A stretch of DNA of 48,443 bases from a virus (lineage: Duplodnaviria; Caudoviricetes): positions 1 to 48,443 of IMG/VR virus record IMGVR_UViG_3300026825_000027; one strand, written 5' to 3'. Below the pieces are notes generated by a model. The model saw nothing but the letters and a program-made list of their open reading frames with translations, ran no database searches and was not told the DNA's origin. The stretch's first letter is position 1, and each line of letters starts with the position of its first letter. The position numbers and the translations under genes are program-made. This document shows positions 21,374 through 31,712 of this stretch, piece after piece.

Positions 21374-22713
21374 ACGCGCCCCTCCTGACCGGCCAGATCG
21401 AACATTGGCCCCTGGCCCGCCTCAAGCCCTACGCCCGGAATGCCAAGACCCACGACGCCGACCAGGTCGCGAAGATCGCCGCGAGCATGGCCGAGTTCGG
21501 CTGGACCGTGCCCTGCCTCGTCGGGGCCGACGGCGAGTTGATCGCAGGGCACGGCCGCGTCCTGGCCGCAGCCCAGCTGGGGCTGGCCGAGGCACCCGTC
21601 ATCGTGCTGGGTCACCTGACCGAGGCGCAGCAGCGCGCGTACCGGATCGCCGACAACAAGCTGACCGAACTGGGCGGGTGGGACGAGGCACTCCTGCTCG
21701 AGGAACTGCGGGGGCTCATGGCCGAGGACTTCGACCTCGGGCTGCTCGGGATCCCCGAGGACGAGCTGGACGCTCTGCTGCACGGTGCCGACGACCGCGC
21801 GGCCATCGACGATGACGCTGCCGATGCGATCCCGGAGGTTCCGGCCGATCCGATCACGCGCCCCGGCGATATCTGGGCGCTCGGGCATCACCGCCTGATC
21901 TGCGGCGATGCGACCGACCCGGCCGTGGTGGCGCGGCTGATGGACGGGGCGCTGGCGGCGCTGATGTTCACCTCCCCGCCCTACGCCCAGCAACGCGACT
22001 ATGGCGCGGCGAAGGAGAAGGTGGGCGATTGGGGTGCGCTGATGCAGGGCGTCTTCGCCGCAGCGCCCGTCACCGCCGATGCGCAACTGCTGGTCAACCT
22101 CGGCCTTGTCCATCGCGATGGCGAATGGATACCCTATTGGGAAGGCTGGCTCGACTGGATGCGCGCGCAGGGCTGGCGGCGCTTCGGCTGGTATGTCTGG
22201 GACCAGGGGCCCGGCCTGCCCGGCGACTGGAACGGCCGCCTCGCCCCGTCCCACGAATTCATCTTTCACTTCAACCGCCAGCCGCGAAAGCCGAATAAGA
22301 CGGTGGAGAGCAAGCACGCGGGCGAAACCCTCGGCGGCGGCGGGCTGCGCGGGGCCGACGGCACGGTCCATCGCAAGACCAGCACCGGCAACGCGATCCA
22401 GAGCCACCGCATCCCGGACAGCGTCTTCCGGATCATGCGCCACAAAGGGGGCTTGGGCGCAGCCGGATCGCACCCGGCCGTGTTTCCGGTGGCGCTCGTC
22501 GAGGCGGTGCTGGAGGCTTTCACCGATCCCGGCGACCTGGTGTTCGAACCCTTCTGCGGCTCCGGAACCCAGCTGATCGCCGCCGAACGTACAGGGCGGC
22601 GCTGCTGCGCGGTAGAACTGGACCCGGCCTATTGTGACGTGGCGGTGCGCCGGTGGGAGATGGCGACGAGGCGGAAGGCCACAATCAGACCACTGACTCG
22701 TCCGTCTGGCTGA
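21370..22713 (+). CDS. ParB-N-terminal DNA methyltransferase (SPPY, likely m4C)
   Basis: IAGHGR; TSPPY; HPAVFP; EPFCGSGT. Confidence 0.9.
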   Translation: MNAPLLTGQIEHWPLARLKPYARNAKTHDADQVAKIAASMAEFGWTVPCLVGADGELIAGHGRVLAAAQLGLAEAPVIVLGHLTEAQQRAYRIADNKLTELGGWDEALLLEELRGLMAEDFDLGLLGIPEDELDALLHGADDRAAIDDDAADAIPEVPADPITRPGDIWALGHHRLICGDATDPAVVARLMDGALAALMFTSPPYAQQRDYGAAKEKVGDWGALMQGVFAAAPVTADAQLLVNLGLVHRDGEWIPYWEGWLDWMRAQGWRRFGWYVWDQGPGLPGDWNGRLAPSHEFIFHFNRQPRKPNKTVESKHAGETLGGGGLRGADGTVHRKTSTGNAIQSHRIPDSVFRIMRHKGGLGAAGSHPAVFPVALVEAVLEAFTDPGDLVFEPFCGSGTQLIAAERTGRRCCAVELDPAYCDVAVRRWEMATRRKATIRPLTRPSG

Positions 22714-22817
22714 AGCAAGACCGGAAGCCAAAGGACCGGACACCGCAAAAAAGATTGCCTTCCATATTGCTATGATTAAGATACCCGCACCAGAGCATCT
22801 TCCGCGGGAAAAGCGAC

Positions 22818-23186
22818 ATGATTGATTTCAACAACAAAGCGTTCTTCAAAATGAAGCAGGACCCAGAATATGCCTCAAAAGTATCGGCCCTGTTAATTGA
22901 TGGCGAAGAAGTAGTGGCCTCTTTCAAATCAATGCGCGACGGCGTCGTCTTTACAAACAAGAGAATTATTGCGGTCAATGTTCAAGGATTCACGGGCAGT
23001 AAAAAGGATTACACATCACTACCCTATAAGAATATTGTCGCATATTCTGTCGAAACGTCTGGAACTCTGGATTTGGACTCGGAGCTGGAGATCTACTTCT
23101 CTGCGCTGGGCAAAGTGAAATTTGAATTCACGGGTCGAACGAATATCGTTGAAATATCGAAACTAATTTCTCAGAGAATATTCTGA
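22818..23186 (+). CDS. Bacterial PH-domain protein (AT-rich moron)
   Basis: RDGVVFTNKRII..QGFTGSKKDY.SLPY..SVETSG..DLDSEL pattern. Confidence 0.85.
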   Translation: MIDFNNKAFFKMKQDPEYASKVSALLIDGEEVVASFKSMRDGVVFTNKRIIAVNVQGFTGSKKDYTSLPYKNIVAYSVETSGTLDLDSELEIYFSALGKVKFEFTGRTNIVEISKLISQRIF

Positions 23187-23259
23187 AACAGGCTATGGAT
23201 TGAGTGGAACCTCAAGAAGGTCGGGGCAGCTCGTAACCTTCTGACATTACGATGATCAA

Positions 23260-23282
23260 CCGCCGCCCGAGTGGGGCGGCGG
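23260..23282. terminator. GC hairpin between convergent genes
   Basis: CCGCCGCCC-GAGTG-GGGCGGCGG. Confidence 0.55.
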
Positions 23283-23306
23283 CGCTGTGAGGCCTTCATG
23301 AAAGGC

Positions 23307-23864
23307 TCAAGCGAGCAGCTTGTAGACCGTCCCCCTGCCCTCTACCTTCTGGGCGGCGATTGGCAGGCCCAGCTTCTTCTTCAACGAGCCCGAGATCGAA
23401 CCGCGGACCGTATGCGCCAGCCATCCGGTGGCCTCGACCATCTCGGCGACTGTAGCACCCTCGGGGCGCTGGAGCATGGCGATGATCTTCGCCTGCTTGG
23501 TGCCAGCGCGGATGACGACCGGTTTCGCGGTGTCGGTGTCGTCGGGCGCGGGTTCGGCCTTTGCCTTCGCCTTCCGCGCGATAGCAACGGAGCTGGCCAC
23601 CAGAGGCTCGATCCCGATGGCCTCCAGCCCGGCCTCAGTGGCGATCAGCGTGGTGCCGTGACCGTCGCCCGTCTCGCGCCACATCGGCTCGCCGCGCCGC
23701 AGATTGGCCTCGACCTCCTCGAGCCAGCCGCGAACGATCATCTTGCCGACCACCATCTTGGCGGCGGCGCCGACCAGCCCCTCGGGCAGCGGCAGGGCGA
23801 GGTTGCCGGGCCGGGTCGCGGCGCGGGAAAGGATCAGGGATTGGGTGTCGGACGGGGTGGTCAT
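23307..23864 (-). CDS. DUF3489 domain protein
   Basis: GTKQAKIIAMLQRPEGATVAEMVEATGWLAHTVRG. Confidence 0.85.
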   Translation of the reverse strand: MTTPSDTQSLILSRAATRPGNLALPLPEGLVGAAAKMVVGKMIVRGWLEEVEANLRRGEPMWRETGDGHGTTLIATEAGLEAIGIEPLVASSVAIARKAKAKAEPAPDDTDTAKPVVIRAGTKQAKIIAMLQRPEGATVAEMVEATGWLAHTVRGSISGSLKKKLGLPIAAQKVEGRGTVYKLLA

Positions 23865-23958
23865 CGGGCCTCCGTGGCTCTGGGCGCGCGCTGTGCGCGC
23901 CTTCTACGGGGGCAAGCCCCGTCATCGTACGGGGCGACCGTCGCGCCGTGTGGGCGCG

Positions 23959-24183
23959 TCAGGCGGCGTGTTCGCCTTCCTTGAAGGCGCTGTCGGTGAT
24001 CTGGCGCAGGAGGCCCGCGTAGTGCTTCAGCTTGCCGACATGCCCCCAATGAGTCTCGTCGGGGTGGGTCTCGAAATGGTCGTCGCTGAGGGCCTTCAGG
24101 CGATCCAGCATCACGTCGATCTCGGCCTTGGCGGCGATGAAAGCGTCGAGGGCCTTGTCGTTCGGGGCAGCGCGACGGGTCAT
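23959..24183 (-). CDS. Small hypothetical phage protein
   Basis: 74 aa, AAGGA RBS, DDHF..PD..HWGHVG motif. Confidence 0.7.
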   Translation of the reverse strand: MTRRAAPNDKALDAFIAAKAEIDVMLDRLKALSDDHFETHPDETHWGHVGKLKHYAGLLRQITDSAFKEGEHAA

Positions 24184-24295
24184 GGCGGTGGCATCCTTCG
24201 CTGAGTTGCATCGTTCCGGTGCGAACACCATCGCTCTGTCGGGCGGATGATCGCAGGCAAATCGGAGCAATATCAGTGCTTTCTGATCGCTCCGG

Positions 24296-24511
24296 TCAGA
24301 TCAGCCGCATCTCGGCCAGCGTGCGGCTGGCGGCACCAAGCTGGGCGGTGGGCAGTTCGATCTTGAGGTGCGACAGGACGTCAGAGGCCTCGGCCGGGAT
24401 CCCGCTCTCGCGCAGCGCCTGCTCGATGACCTCGACGATGGCGTCCGGGCGGCTCAGATCGAAGCCATCGGGAAGGGCGGAATAGTCGATGCGGATGGTG
24501 GTCGTGGTCAT
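24296..24511 (-). CDS. Small hypothetical phage protein
   Basis: 71 aa with AGGAGG RBS. Confidence 0.65.
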   Translation of the reverse strand: MTTTTIRIDYSALPDGFDLSRPDAIVEVIEQALRESGIPAEASDVLSHLKIELPTAQLGAASRTLAEMRLI

Positions 24512-24645
24512 GGTGAAGCCCTCCTGGGATCGGCGCGATGCGGCCTGTTGATGGACCACAGAATCGCTCCGGAGGGGAAGACAATCAACGGGAATAAATG
24601 TAGTTTCCTGTTTATTCTCAATATCTTGATAGGCTTCACGGCGCC

Positions 24646-25182
24646 ATGAAAGGCATGAGCGAACGCGAGTATGCGGCGCATTCCGGCCTGTCCCGCGGCG
24701 GGGTGCAGAAGGCGCGCAAGAATGGGCGGCTGGTGGTCCACGACGACGGGTCGATAAACGCCGCGGCCTCGGATGTGCGGCGAGTGGAAACGACGGACCC
24801 CGACCAGCAGCGGCGCAGTCTGGGAGGCGATGGGCTGGCGAGCAGCCCCGGCGACACGACATCGTACATCAAGGCCCGCACGGCGCTCACGGTCTATGCG
24901 GCGCAGGAACGCCAGCTGGCGGTTCAGAAGAAGAAGGGCACGCTGGTCGACCGCGCGCGGGCGGAGACCCTCGTCTTCCGCCTGGCGCGGAAGGAAAGGG
25001 ACGTCTGGGTCACCTGGCCCGGACGGGTGGCAGCACTTATGGCGGCGCAGATCATGGCGGAGGTGGAACGGCAATCCGGGGCATCGGTGACGATCGAGAC
25101 CGCGATCATGCAGAGGGTGCTGGAAGCCCATGTCCGCGAACAGCTCGACGCCCTCGCCGACCTCCGGGTCTCGCTTGCATGA
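24646..25182 (+). CDS. Putative terminase small subunit
   Basis: N-terminal HTH (MSEREYAAHSGLSRGGVQKA), helical body, directly before the large subunit. Confidence 0.7.
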   Translation: MKGMSEREYAAHSGLSRGGVQKARKNGRLVVHDDGSINAAASDVRRVETTDPDQQRRSLGGDGLASSPGDTTSYIKARTALTVYAAQERQLAVQKKKGTLVDRARAETLVFRLARKERDVWVTWPGRVAALMAAQIMAEVERQSGASVTIETAIMQRVLEAHVREQLDALADLRVSLA

Positions 25183-27181
25183 TGAGGATGACGACAACGA
25201 CCTGACCGCCGACCTCGACCTCGGCTTCGACGGCGCCGAGGATCTGCTCCGGGTCTGGCGGCAGGGGATGCGCCCCGATCCGAACCTGACGGTGTCGGAA
25301 TGGGCGGATCAGCATCGTTGGCTGTCCTCGCGGGGCGCGGCCGAGCCGGGGCGGTATCGCACCGCCCGCGCACCCTACCTGCGCGAGATCATGGATGCGC
25401 TCTCGCCCGGTCATCCCGCCCAGCGCATCACCTTCATGAAGGCCGCGCAGGTTGGCGCGACCGAGGCCGGGAACAACTGGATCGGGTTTGTCATCCACCA
25501 TGCGCCGGGGCCTATGCTCGCGGTGCTGCCGAGCCTGGAATTGGCCAAGCGGACCTCACGGGGCCGTCTTGATCCGCTGATCGCGGATAGCCCGGCGCTG
25601 CGCGAACGGGTAAATCCGGCCCGATCCCGCGATGCCGGGAATTCGATGCTGTCGAAAGAATTCCCCGGCGGCATTCTGGTGCTGACCGGGGCGAACAGCG
25701 CCACCGGCCTGCGGTCGATGCCTGCGCGCTATGTCTTTCTCGACGAGGTCGACGCCTACCCCGCCTCGGCCGACGAGGAAGGCGATCCGGTCACGCTGGC
25801 CGAGGCGCGGACCACCACCTTCTCGCACCGGCGCAAGGTGTTCATGGTCTCGACCCCGACGATCCGGGGGCTGTCCCGGATCGAGCGGGAATTCGAGGCA
25901 TCGGACCAGAGGCGTTACTTCGTGCCCTGCCCGCATTGCGGCACGATGCAATGGCTGCAGTTCGACCGGCTGCGCTGGGCGAAGGGCCGACCGGAAACGG
26001 CGGCCTATCACTGCGAGGGGTGCGAGCGTCCCATCGCCGAGCACCACAAGACGGAGATGCTGGCCCGCGGCGAATGGCGGGCAACAGCCGTTTCCAAAGA
26101 TCCGAAGGCCATCGGCTTCCACCTCTCGGCGCTCTATTCGCCGCTTGGCTGGAAAAGCTGGTCCGACGTCGCGCGGGAATGGCTGGCGGCCCAAGGGTCG
26201 GACGAGACGCTGCGCGCCGCACGCAAAACGCTTCTGGGCGAGACATGGGTCGAGTCGGGCGACGCGCCGGAATGGCAGCGGCTGGCGGATCGACGGGAAT
26301 CCTGGAAGGCGGGCACGGTGCCCACGGCGGGGTTGTTCCTGACGGCCGGTGCCGATGTGCAGAGGGACCGCATCGAGTTCGATATATGGGCCTGGGGCCG
26401 GGGATTGGAAAGCTGGCTTGTCGATCACATCGTGATCCCGGGCGGCCCAGACGATCCGGCCGCCTGGGACAAGCTGACCGCCCTCCTCGGCCGGACGTGG
26501 CAGCACGCCAACGGCGCCTTCATGACGGTGGCCCGGCTTGGCATCGACACCGGCTACGAGGCCGCGGCCGTCTATGCCTGGTCACGCAAGGTGGGCTTTG
26601 ACCAGGTCGCGCCTCTAAAGGGGCTTGAGGGCTTCAACCGTTCGGCCCCCGTTTCTGGCCCGACCTATGTCGACGCCACCATCGGCGGCAAACGGCCGCG
26701 CCGCGGCGCGCGGCTCTGGTCGGTGGCCACGGCAACGTTCAAGGCGGAGACCTACCGCTTCTTGCGGATCGAACGCCCGTCGGATGAAGACAGGGCGCTG
26801 GGCGTGCTGGGCGCCCCCGGCACGATCCACCTGCCCGGCTGGGCCGACACCGAATGGCTGAAGCAGCTGGTGGCCGAACAGCTGGTCACGATCCGCAACA
26901 AGCGCGGCTATGCCCATCAGGAATGGCAGAAGATGCGCGAGCGGAACGAGGCGCTGGACTGCCGGGTCTACGCCCGTGCCGCTGCGTGGATCCTCGGCGC
27001 CGACCGCTGGGACGAAGCCACCTGGCGGCGGCTGGAAGCGCACGCTGGCGTGGAAACGCGCATGCCCGCTGCCATCGCGATGCACACCACACCACCCGAT
27101 CCGGCCCAGCCCAAGGCCGGAACCCTGACCACGCCACGCCGGAAGTGGCGGGCTTACACCCCGAACTTCATGAGGGACTGA
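25175..27181 (+). CDS. Terminase large subunit, lambda GpA family
   Basis: MKAAQVGATE, VFLDEVD, CPHCG..CEGC, NEALDCRVYA; start uncertain. Confidence 0.92.
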   Translation: MHDEDDDNDLTADLDLGFDGAEDLLRVWRQGMRPDPNLTVSEWADQHRWLSSRGAAEPGRYRTARAPYLREIMDALSPGHPAQRITFMKAAQVGATEAGNNWIGFVIHHAPGPMLAVLPSLELAKRTSRGRLDPLIADSPALRERVNPARSRDAGNSMLSKEFPGGILVLTGANSATGLRSMPARYVFLDEVDAYPASADEEGDPVTLAEARTTTFSHRRKVFMVSTPTIRGLSRIEREFEASDQRRYFVPCPHCGTMQWLQFDRLRWAKGRPETAAYHCEGCERPIAEHHKTEMLARGEWRATAVSKDPKAIGFHLSALYSPLGWKSWSDVAREWLAAQGSDETLRAARKTLLGETWVESGDAPEWQRLADRRESWKAGTVPTAGLFLTAGADVQRDRIEFDIWAWGRGLESWLVDHIVIPGGPDDPAAWDKLTALLGRTWQHANGAFMTVARLGIDTGYEAAAVYAWSRKVGFDQVAPLKGLEGFNRSAPVSGPTYVDATIGGKRPRRGARLWSVATATFKAETYRFLRIERPSDEDRALGVLGAPGTIHLPGWADTEWLKQLVAEQLVTIRNKRGYAHQEWQKMRERNEALDCRVYARAAAWILGADRWDEATWRRLEAHAGVETRMPAAIAMHTTPPDPAQPKAGTLTTPRRKWRAYTPNFMRD

Positions 27182-27393
27182 TGGACCTGGAACGCATGCA
27201 GGCCCTGCTCACCGCACTGCAGGAAGCCCGCTTCGCCGGGCTGCGCAGCGTCAGCTACGACGGCAAGACGGTGACCTATGGCTCGGACGCCGAACTGGCT
27301 GCGGCGATCCGGGATCTGGAGGGACGGATTTCTACCGCCTCGGCCACCCCGCGTCGCCGCCGCTGGGGCACCGTGGCCACGAAGGGTCTGTGA
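27181..27393 (+). CDS. Head-tail joining protein, gpW-like
   Basis: 70 aa, SVSYDGKTVTY hairpin, between terminase and portal. Confidence 0.8.
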   Translation: MDLERMQALLTALQEARFAGLRSVSYDGKTVTYGSDAELAAAIRDLEGRISTASATPRRRRWGTVATKGL

Positions 27394-27395
27394 CC

Positions 27396-28907
27396 ATGGT
27401 GCTCGACGCCTTCCGCGCCCGCCTTGGGTCCATCATCGGCGGGTTCGATGCGGCGCAGTCCCACCGCCGCATGCGCGGCTTCCGCGCCACCCGCGCGCAT
27501 GTGAACACGCTGATCGCCGCCTCGGGCGAGACGATCACCGCCCGGGCGCGCTGGCTGGTCCGGAACAACGGCTATGCCGCGAACGCGGTCGACGCCTTTG
27601 CGAACCATGTCGTCGGTGACGGCATCAAGCCTTCGTCGAAGATTGCTGAGGCCGCAAAGAAGGAGGAGCTGCAGAAGCTCTGGCTCGCCTGGACCGACGA
27701 GGCGGACGCCGAGGGGCTGACCGACTTCTTCGGCCTCCAGCGCAGGGCAGCCCGCGAGGTGTTTCTGGCGGGCGAGGTCTTCCTGCGCATCCGCACGCGT
27801 CGGCTGGAAGACGGGCTAACGGTGCCGCTGCAGCTGCAGATGCTGCCTTCCGAAATGCTTCCGCAGGACATGACCCGCGTCCTGCCCGGGGCCGGATCGA
27901 TCCGGCAGGGGATCGAATTCGACGGGATCGGGCGGCGCGTCGCCTACCACTTCCTGCGCCGCCACCCCGGCGACATGACCGATCTGGGGCTGCCCGGGGA
28001 AACAGTGCGCGTGCCCGCGTCCGAGGTGATCCATATCCTCGACCCGGTCGAGGCAGGCCAACTGCGCGGCGTGTCGCGCTTTGCCGCGGCCGTCGTGAAG
28101 CTGTTCACGCTAGACCTATACGACGACGCGGAGCTGGAGCGGAAGAAGACCGCGGCGATGTTCGCGATGTTCATCACCTCCCCCGCCCCGGAAACCGCCC
28201 TCGATCCGGCCGAGGACGATCTGGAGGTCGAACCCGGCCAGGTCGTACGGCTTGACCCGGGCGAGGATGTCACGACGCCATCCACCCCGGATTCCGGGTC
28301 CACCTACGAACCCTTCCAGTACCGCACTCTCCTGCAGATCGGCGCGGCGCTGGGCGTGCCCTATGGCTATCTGACGGGCGATACGGCGAAGGGAAACTTC
28401 TCGAACACCCGGATCGCGCTGGTCGACTTCCGCCGCCGCATCTCGGCCTTCCAGCATTCGGTGATGGTCTATCAGCTCTGCCGCGCCGTCTGGACGAGGT
28501 GGATGGACATGGCGGTGCTAGCTGGCGCCATCGATCTGCCGGGGTATTCGACCGATCGGCGCGCATACCTTGCCTGCGACTGGCTCCCCACCAAGTGGGA
28601 CTGGATCGACCCCGCCAAGGATGCCTCTGCCGAAATTCTTCAGATTGAGGCCGGGCTGAAATCCCGCACGCAGGCCATCGCCGAGCGCGGCTACGACGCA
28701 GAGCAGGTCGACCGGGAAATCGCAGCCGAACGGAAACGCGAGGCGGACCTCGGGCTCGACTTCCGGCGGCCGGAATCCCCGGCGCAGGCGGCGGGTGGCG
28801 GCGCTGCGCAGGGTGATGCCGAGGGCCAGCGACAGGATCAGCAGGAGGACGGCAATCAGGAAGCGGATGGAGAGGACAGGGAACCCCGGCCCGCGGAGGA
28901 CGCATGA
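27396..28907 (+). CDS. Portal protein, lambda family
   Basis: ARARWLVRNN, GQLRGVS, NFSNTR, WIDPAKD. Confidence 0.92.
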   Translation: MVLDAFRARLGSIIGGFDAAQSHRRMRGFRATRAHVNTLIAASGETITARARWLVRNNGYAANAVDAFANHVVGDGIKPSSKIAEAAKKEELQKLWLAWTDEADAEGLTDFFGLQRRAAREVFLAGEVFLRIRTRRLEDGLTVPLQLQMLPSEMLPQDMTRVLPGAGSIRQGIEFDGIGRRVAYHFLRRHPGDMTDLGLPGETVRVPASEVIHILDPVEAGQLRGVSRFAAAVVKLFTLDLYDDAELERKKTAAMFAMFITSPAPETALDPAEDDLEVEPGQVVRLDPGEDVTTPSTPDSGSTYEPFQYRTLLQIGAALGVPYGYLTGDTAKGNFSNTRIALVDFRRRISAFQHSVMVYQLCRAVWTRWMDMAVLAGAIDLPGYSTDRRAYLACDWLPTKWDWIDPAKDASAEILQIEAGLKSRTQAIAERGYDAEQVDREIAAERKREADLGLDFRRPESPAQAAGGGAAQGDAEGQRQDQQEDGNQEADGEDREPRPAEDA

Positions 28908-30229
28908 TGCACCACACCCAGATCGCCCAGCGCGTCTTCAACACGCCTCTGATGGTTGATCCCGCGAAGGCGCTGGCCTTCCTGACAGGCCTTGGCCCGC
29001 GGATCGTGGGGCGGGACGTCAGCATCGAAGGGCTGGAAATCGCGGCCGAAGAGCGGGATGCGGCCACCCTGCCCGCGCGCGCCTCGCTGTTCGGCGACGA
29101 CCTGACCAACCGCCAGGCGCGGAATGGTGGCCAGCCCTTCGCCGTGGTGGACGGCATCGCCGTGATCGAGATAGCTGGCACGTTGGTGCATCGCGGTGCG
29201 TGGATCGGGCAATCCTCGGGGCTGACCTCCTACGAGGGGATCGCCGCCCAGCTGCAGGCTGCCCTGGCCGACCCCGCCATTCGTGGCATCGCCCTCGACA
29301 TCGACAGCTTCGGCGGGGAGGTCGCCGGGGCCTTCGATCTGGCGGATCGCCTCCGCGCCGCGCGTCAAGTCAAGCCCGTGCAGGCTTTCGTCGCCGATCA
29401 CGCCCTCTCGGCCGCCTATGCGCTGGCGTCCCAGGCCGACTGGATCATCCTGCCCCGCACCGGCGCCGTCGGCAGCATCGGTGTTGTGGCCATGCACAGC
29501 GACATGAGCGGGGCGCTCGATCAGAAGGGCATTGACGTCACGCTGATCCATGCAGGGGCGCGCAAGGTCGATGCGAACCCTTATCAGCCCCTGCCCGAGT
29601 CCGTCCGCGCCCGGATCGCGGGCGAACTGGAGGACCTCCGCCAACTCTTCGCCGAAACCGTCGCCGAAGGGCGCGGCCGACGCCTCGACACCCAACGCGC
29701 GCTCGGCACCGAGGCCGCCGTCTTCCGCGGCGAGGCGGCGGTCTTCGCCGGTCTCGCCGACGAGGTGGCCGATCCCGTCACCGCCTTCCGCGCTTTCGCC
29801 GCCGCCCCCCGCGGCACATCCACCCTCAAATCCAACCCCAAGGGAAAGGGCCCGATGATGACCACTGCCCCCGAAGACGATGCGCAGCCTGCGACTGCGC
29901 CTGCCGCCAGCACCCCGCCGGAACCGGCCCCGCCCGCGGCAAGCGCGCCGCCGCAAACCGCGGCGGCCGCCATTTCGCCCGAGGCGATCCGCGCCGAGGC
30001 TGCCGAGGTCGCACAGGTCTGCGCGCAAGCCGCGCGCCTTGGCGTCCAGATCGATGCTGCCGATGCAGTCGCCAAGGGCGTGAAGCCGGAAGCACTGCGC
30101 GCCAAGGTGCTCGCCGATCTCGCCGCGCGCAGCGATGCCGCGGGCATCATCGCCACCGCCACGGCGGCTGGCGCGAAGGAAAGTCCCATCGTGGCGGCCG
30201 CAAAGAAGTCGGCCGCCGCCTCGCGCTGA
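28904..30229 (+). CDS. S49 head maturation protease (gpC-like) with C-terminal scaffold
   Basis: LDIDSFGG, ALSAAYALAS, GSIGV; Pro/Ala-rich linker and probable internal start at 29855. Confidence 0.9.
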   Translation: MMHHTQIAQRVFNTPLMVDPAKALAFLTGLGPRIVGRDVSIEGLEIAAEERDAATLPARASLFGDDLTNRQARNGGQPFAVVDGIAVIEIAGTLVHRGAWIGQSSGLTSYEGIAAQLQAALADPAIRGIALDIDSFGGEVAGAFDLADRLRAARQVKPVQAFVADHALSAAYALASQADWIILPRTGAVGSIGVVAMHSDMSGALDQKGIDVTLIHAGARKVDANPYQPLPESVRARIAGELEDLRQLFAETVAEGRGRRLDTQRALGTEAAVFRGEAAVFAGLADEVADPVTAFRAFAAAPRGTSTLKSNPKGKGPMMTTAPEDDAQPATAPAASTPPEPAPPAASAPPQTAAAAISPEAIRAEAAEVAQVCAQAARLGVQIDAADAVAKGVKPEALRAKVLADLAARSDAAGIIATATAAGAKESPIVAAAKKSAAASR

Positions 30230-30270
30230 TCCCGGCGCATCCCATCCCCCAACATCCTGGAGACTGAACC

Positions 30271-30651
30271 ATGCCCGTCCTGACGGAACCGCCCAGCATG
30301 GGCGAAGTCCTCAAATATGAGGTCAACCCGAACTACACCCGCGAGTTGGTAACGCTGCTCGCGGGGTCAGCCTATCCCGTGGGCGCTGTCCTCGGCCGCA
30401 TCACCGCCAGCGGCAAGTACAAGATGGCGACCAGCGGCGGGTCGGACGGCGCGCAGACCGCCACGGCCGTCCTGCTCTATGCCGTCGATGCGACGCTCGC
30501 CGATGCCACCGGCATCGTCTTCGCCCGCGGCCCGGCCATCGTCTCGCGTGCTGGGCTTGCCTACGACGCCACCGTCGATGACGCGGCCAAGATCACCACC
30601 AAGATCGGCCAGCTCGCCGCCGCAGGCATTGTCGCGCGCGACGGCGTCTGA
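30271..30651 (+). CDS. Head decoration protein (gpD-like)
   Basis: 126 aa, GAVLGRITASGKY, between protease and capsid. Confidence 0.85.
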   Translation: MPVLTEPPSMGEVLKYEVNPNYTRELVTLLAGSAYPVGAVLGRITASGKYKMATSGGSDGAQTATAVLLYAVDATLADATGIVFARGPAIVSRAGLAYDATVDDAAKITTKIGQLAAAGIVARDGV

Positions 30652-30678
30652 TCCCCCTCATTCCCCCGGAGAATTCCC

Positions 30679-31701
30679 ATGACCCTCGTCCGCAATCCCT
30701 TCGACGCTGGCGGCTATTCGCTGGCCGAGATGACGCAGGCCATCAACATCCTGCCCAACCTCTACACCCGCCTCGCCCAGATTGGCCTCTTCCGCTTCGA
30801 AGGGGTCAGCCAGCGCTCGGTCATCATCGAGCAATACGAGGGCGTCCTGAGCCTCCTGCCCTCCGTCCCCCTCGGAGGCCCCGCCACCGTCGGCACCCGG
30901 GAAGGTCGCTCGATGCGCAGCTTCGCCCTGCCGTGGATCCCGCATGATGACGTGGTCCTGCCTGCCGATCTTCAGGGCCAGCCCGCGCTGGGTGCGTTCG
31001 ACGCGGCCGATCCCCTCGTCGAGGTGATGAACCGCAAGCTGCTCCTCATGCGGCGCAAGCATGCCCAGACCCGCGAATACATGGAGATGAACGCGCTCCG
31101 CGGCATCGTGAAGGACGGGGCCGGGACCACGCTCTACAACTACTTCACCGAATTCGGCCTGGCGCAAATCTCGGTCGACTTCGTTCTCGGCACTGCCGGA
31201 ACCAACGTCCAGGGCAAGGTGCGCGAGGTGCTGCGCGCCATCGAGGACAATCTCCTCGGCGAAGCGATGACCAGCGTCCATGCCCTCGTCAGCCGCGAAT
31301 TCTTCGACAAGCTGATCGCGCATCCGAAGACGGAAGAGGCCTACAAGTTCTACGCCTCGACCGGCGCGCAGCCCCTGCGCGAAGATGTGCGCCGCAACTT
31401 CCCCTTCGGCGGCATCCTCTTCGAGGAATACTCCGGCACCGTCACCCTCTCGACCAAGGCCACCGAACGGCTGGTCCCGGCGAACGAGGGGATCGCCTTC
31501 CCCTTGGGCACGATGGACACCTTCACCACCTACGGCGGCCCCGCAAACCTGCTGGAAACCGCCAACACCATCGGCCTGCCGCTCTACGCCCGCCAGCATC
31601 TCGACGAGAAGGGCCGCTGGATCGACGTGATGACCGAGGCCTCGATCCTGCCGGTGAACAAGCGGCCCCGGCTGGCGATCCGGCTGCACACGTCGAACTG
31701 A
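30679..31701 (+). CDS. Major capsid protein (gpE-like)
   Basis: 340 aa, QTREYMEMNALRG, position in head module. Confidence 0.9.
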   Translation: MTLVRNPFDAGGYSLAEMTQAINILPNLYTRLAQIGLFRFEGVSQRSVIIEQYEGVLSLLPSVPLGGPATVGTREGRSMRSFALPWIPHDDVVLPADLQGQPALGAFDAADPLVEVMNRKLLLMRRKHAQTREYMEMNALRGIVKDGAGTTLYNYFTEFGLAQISVDFVLGTAGTNVQGKVREVLRAIEDNLLGEAMTSVHALVSREFFDKLIAHPKTEEAYKFYASTGAQPLREDVRRNFPFGGILFEEYSGTVTLSTKATERLVPANEGIAFPLGTMDTFTTYGGPANLLETANTIGLPLYARQHLDEKGRWIDVMTEASILPVNKRPRLAIRLHTSN

Positions 31702-31712
31702 CGGGCCCACCC

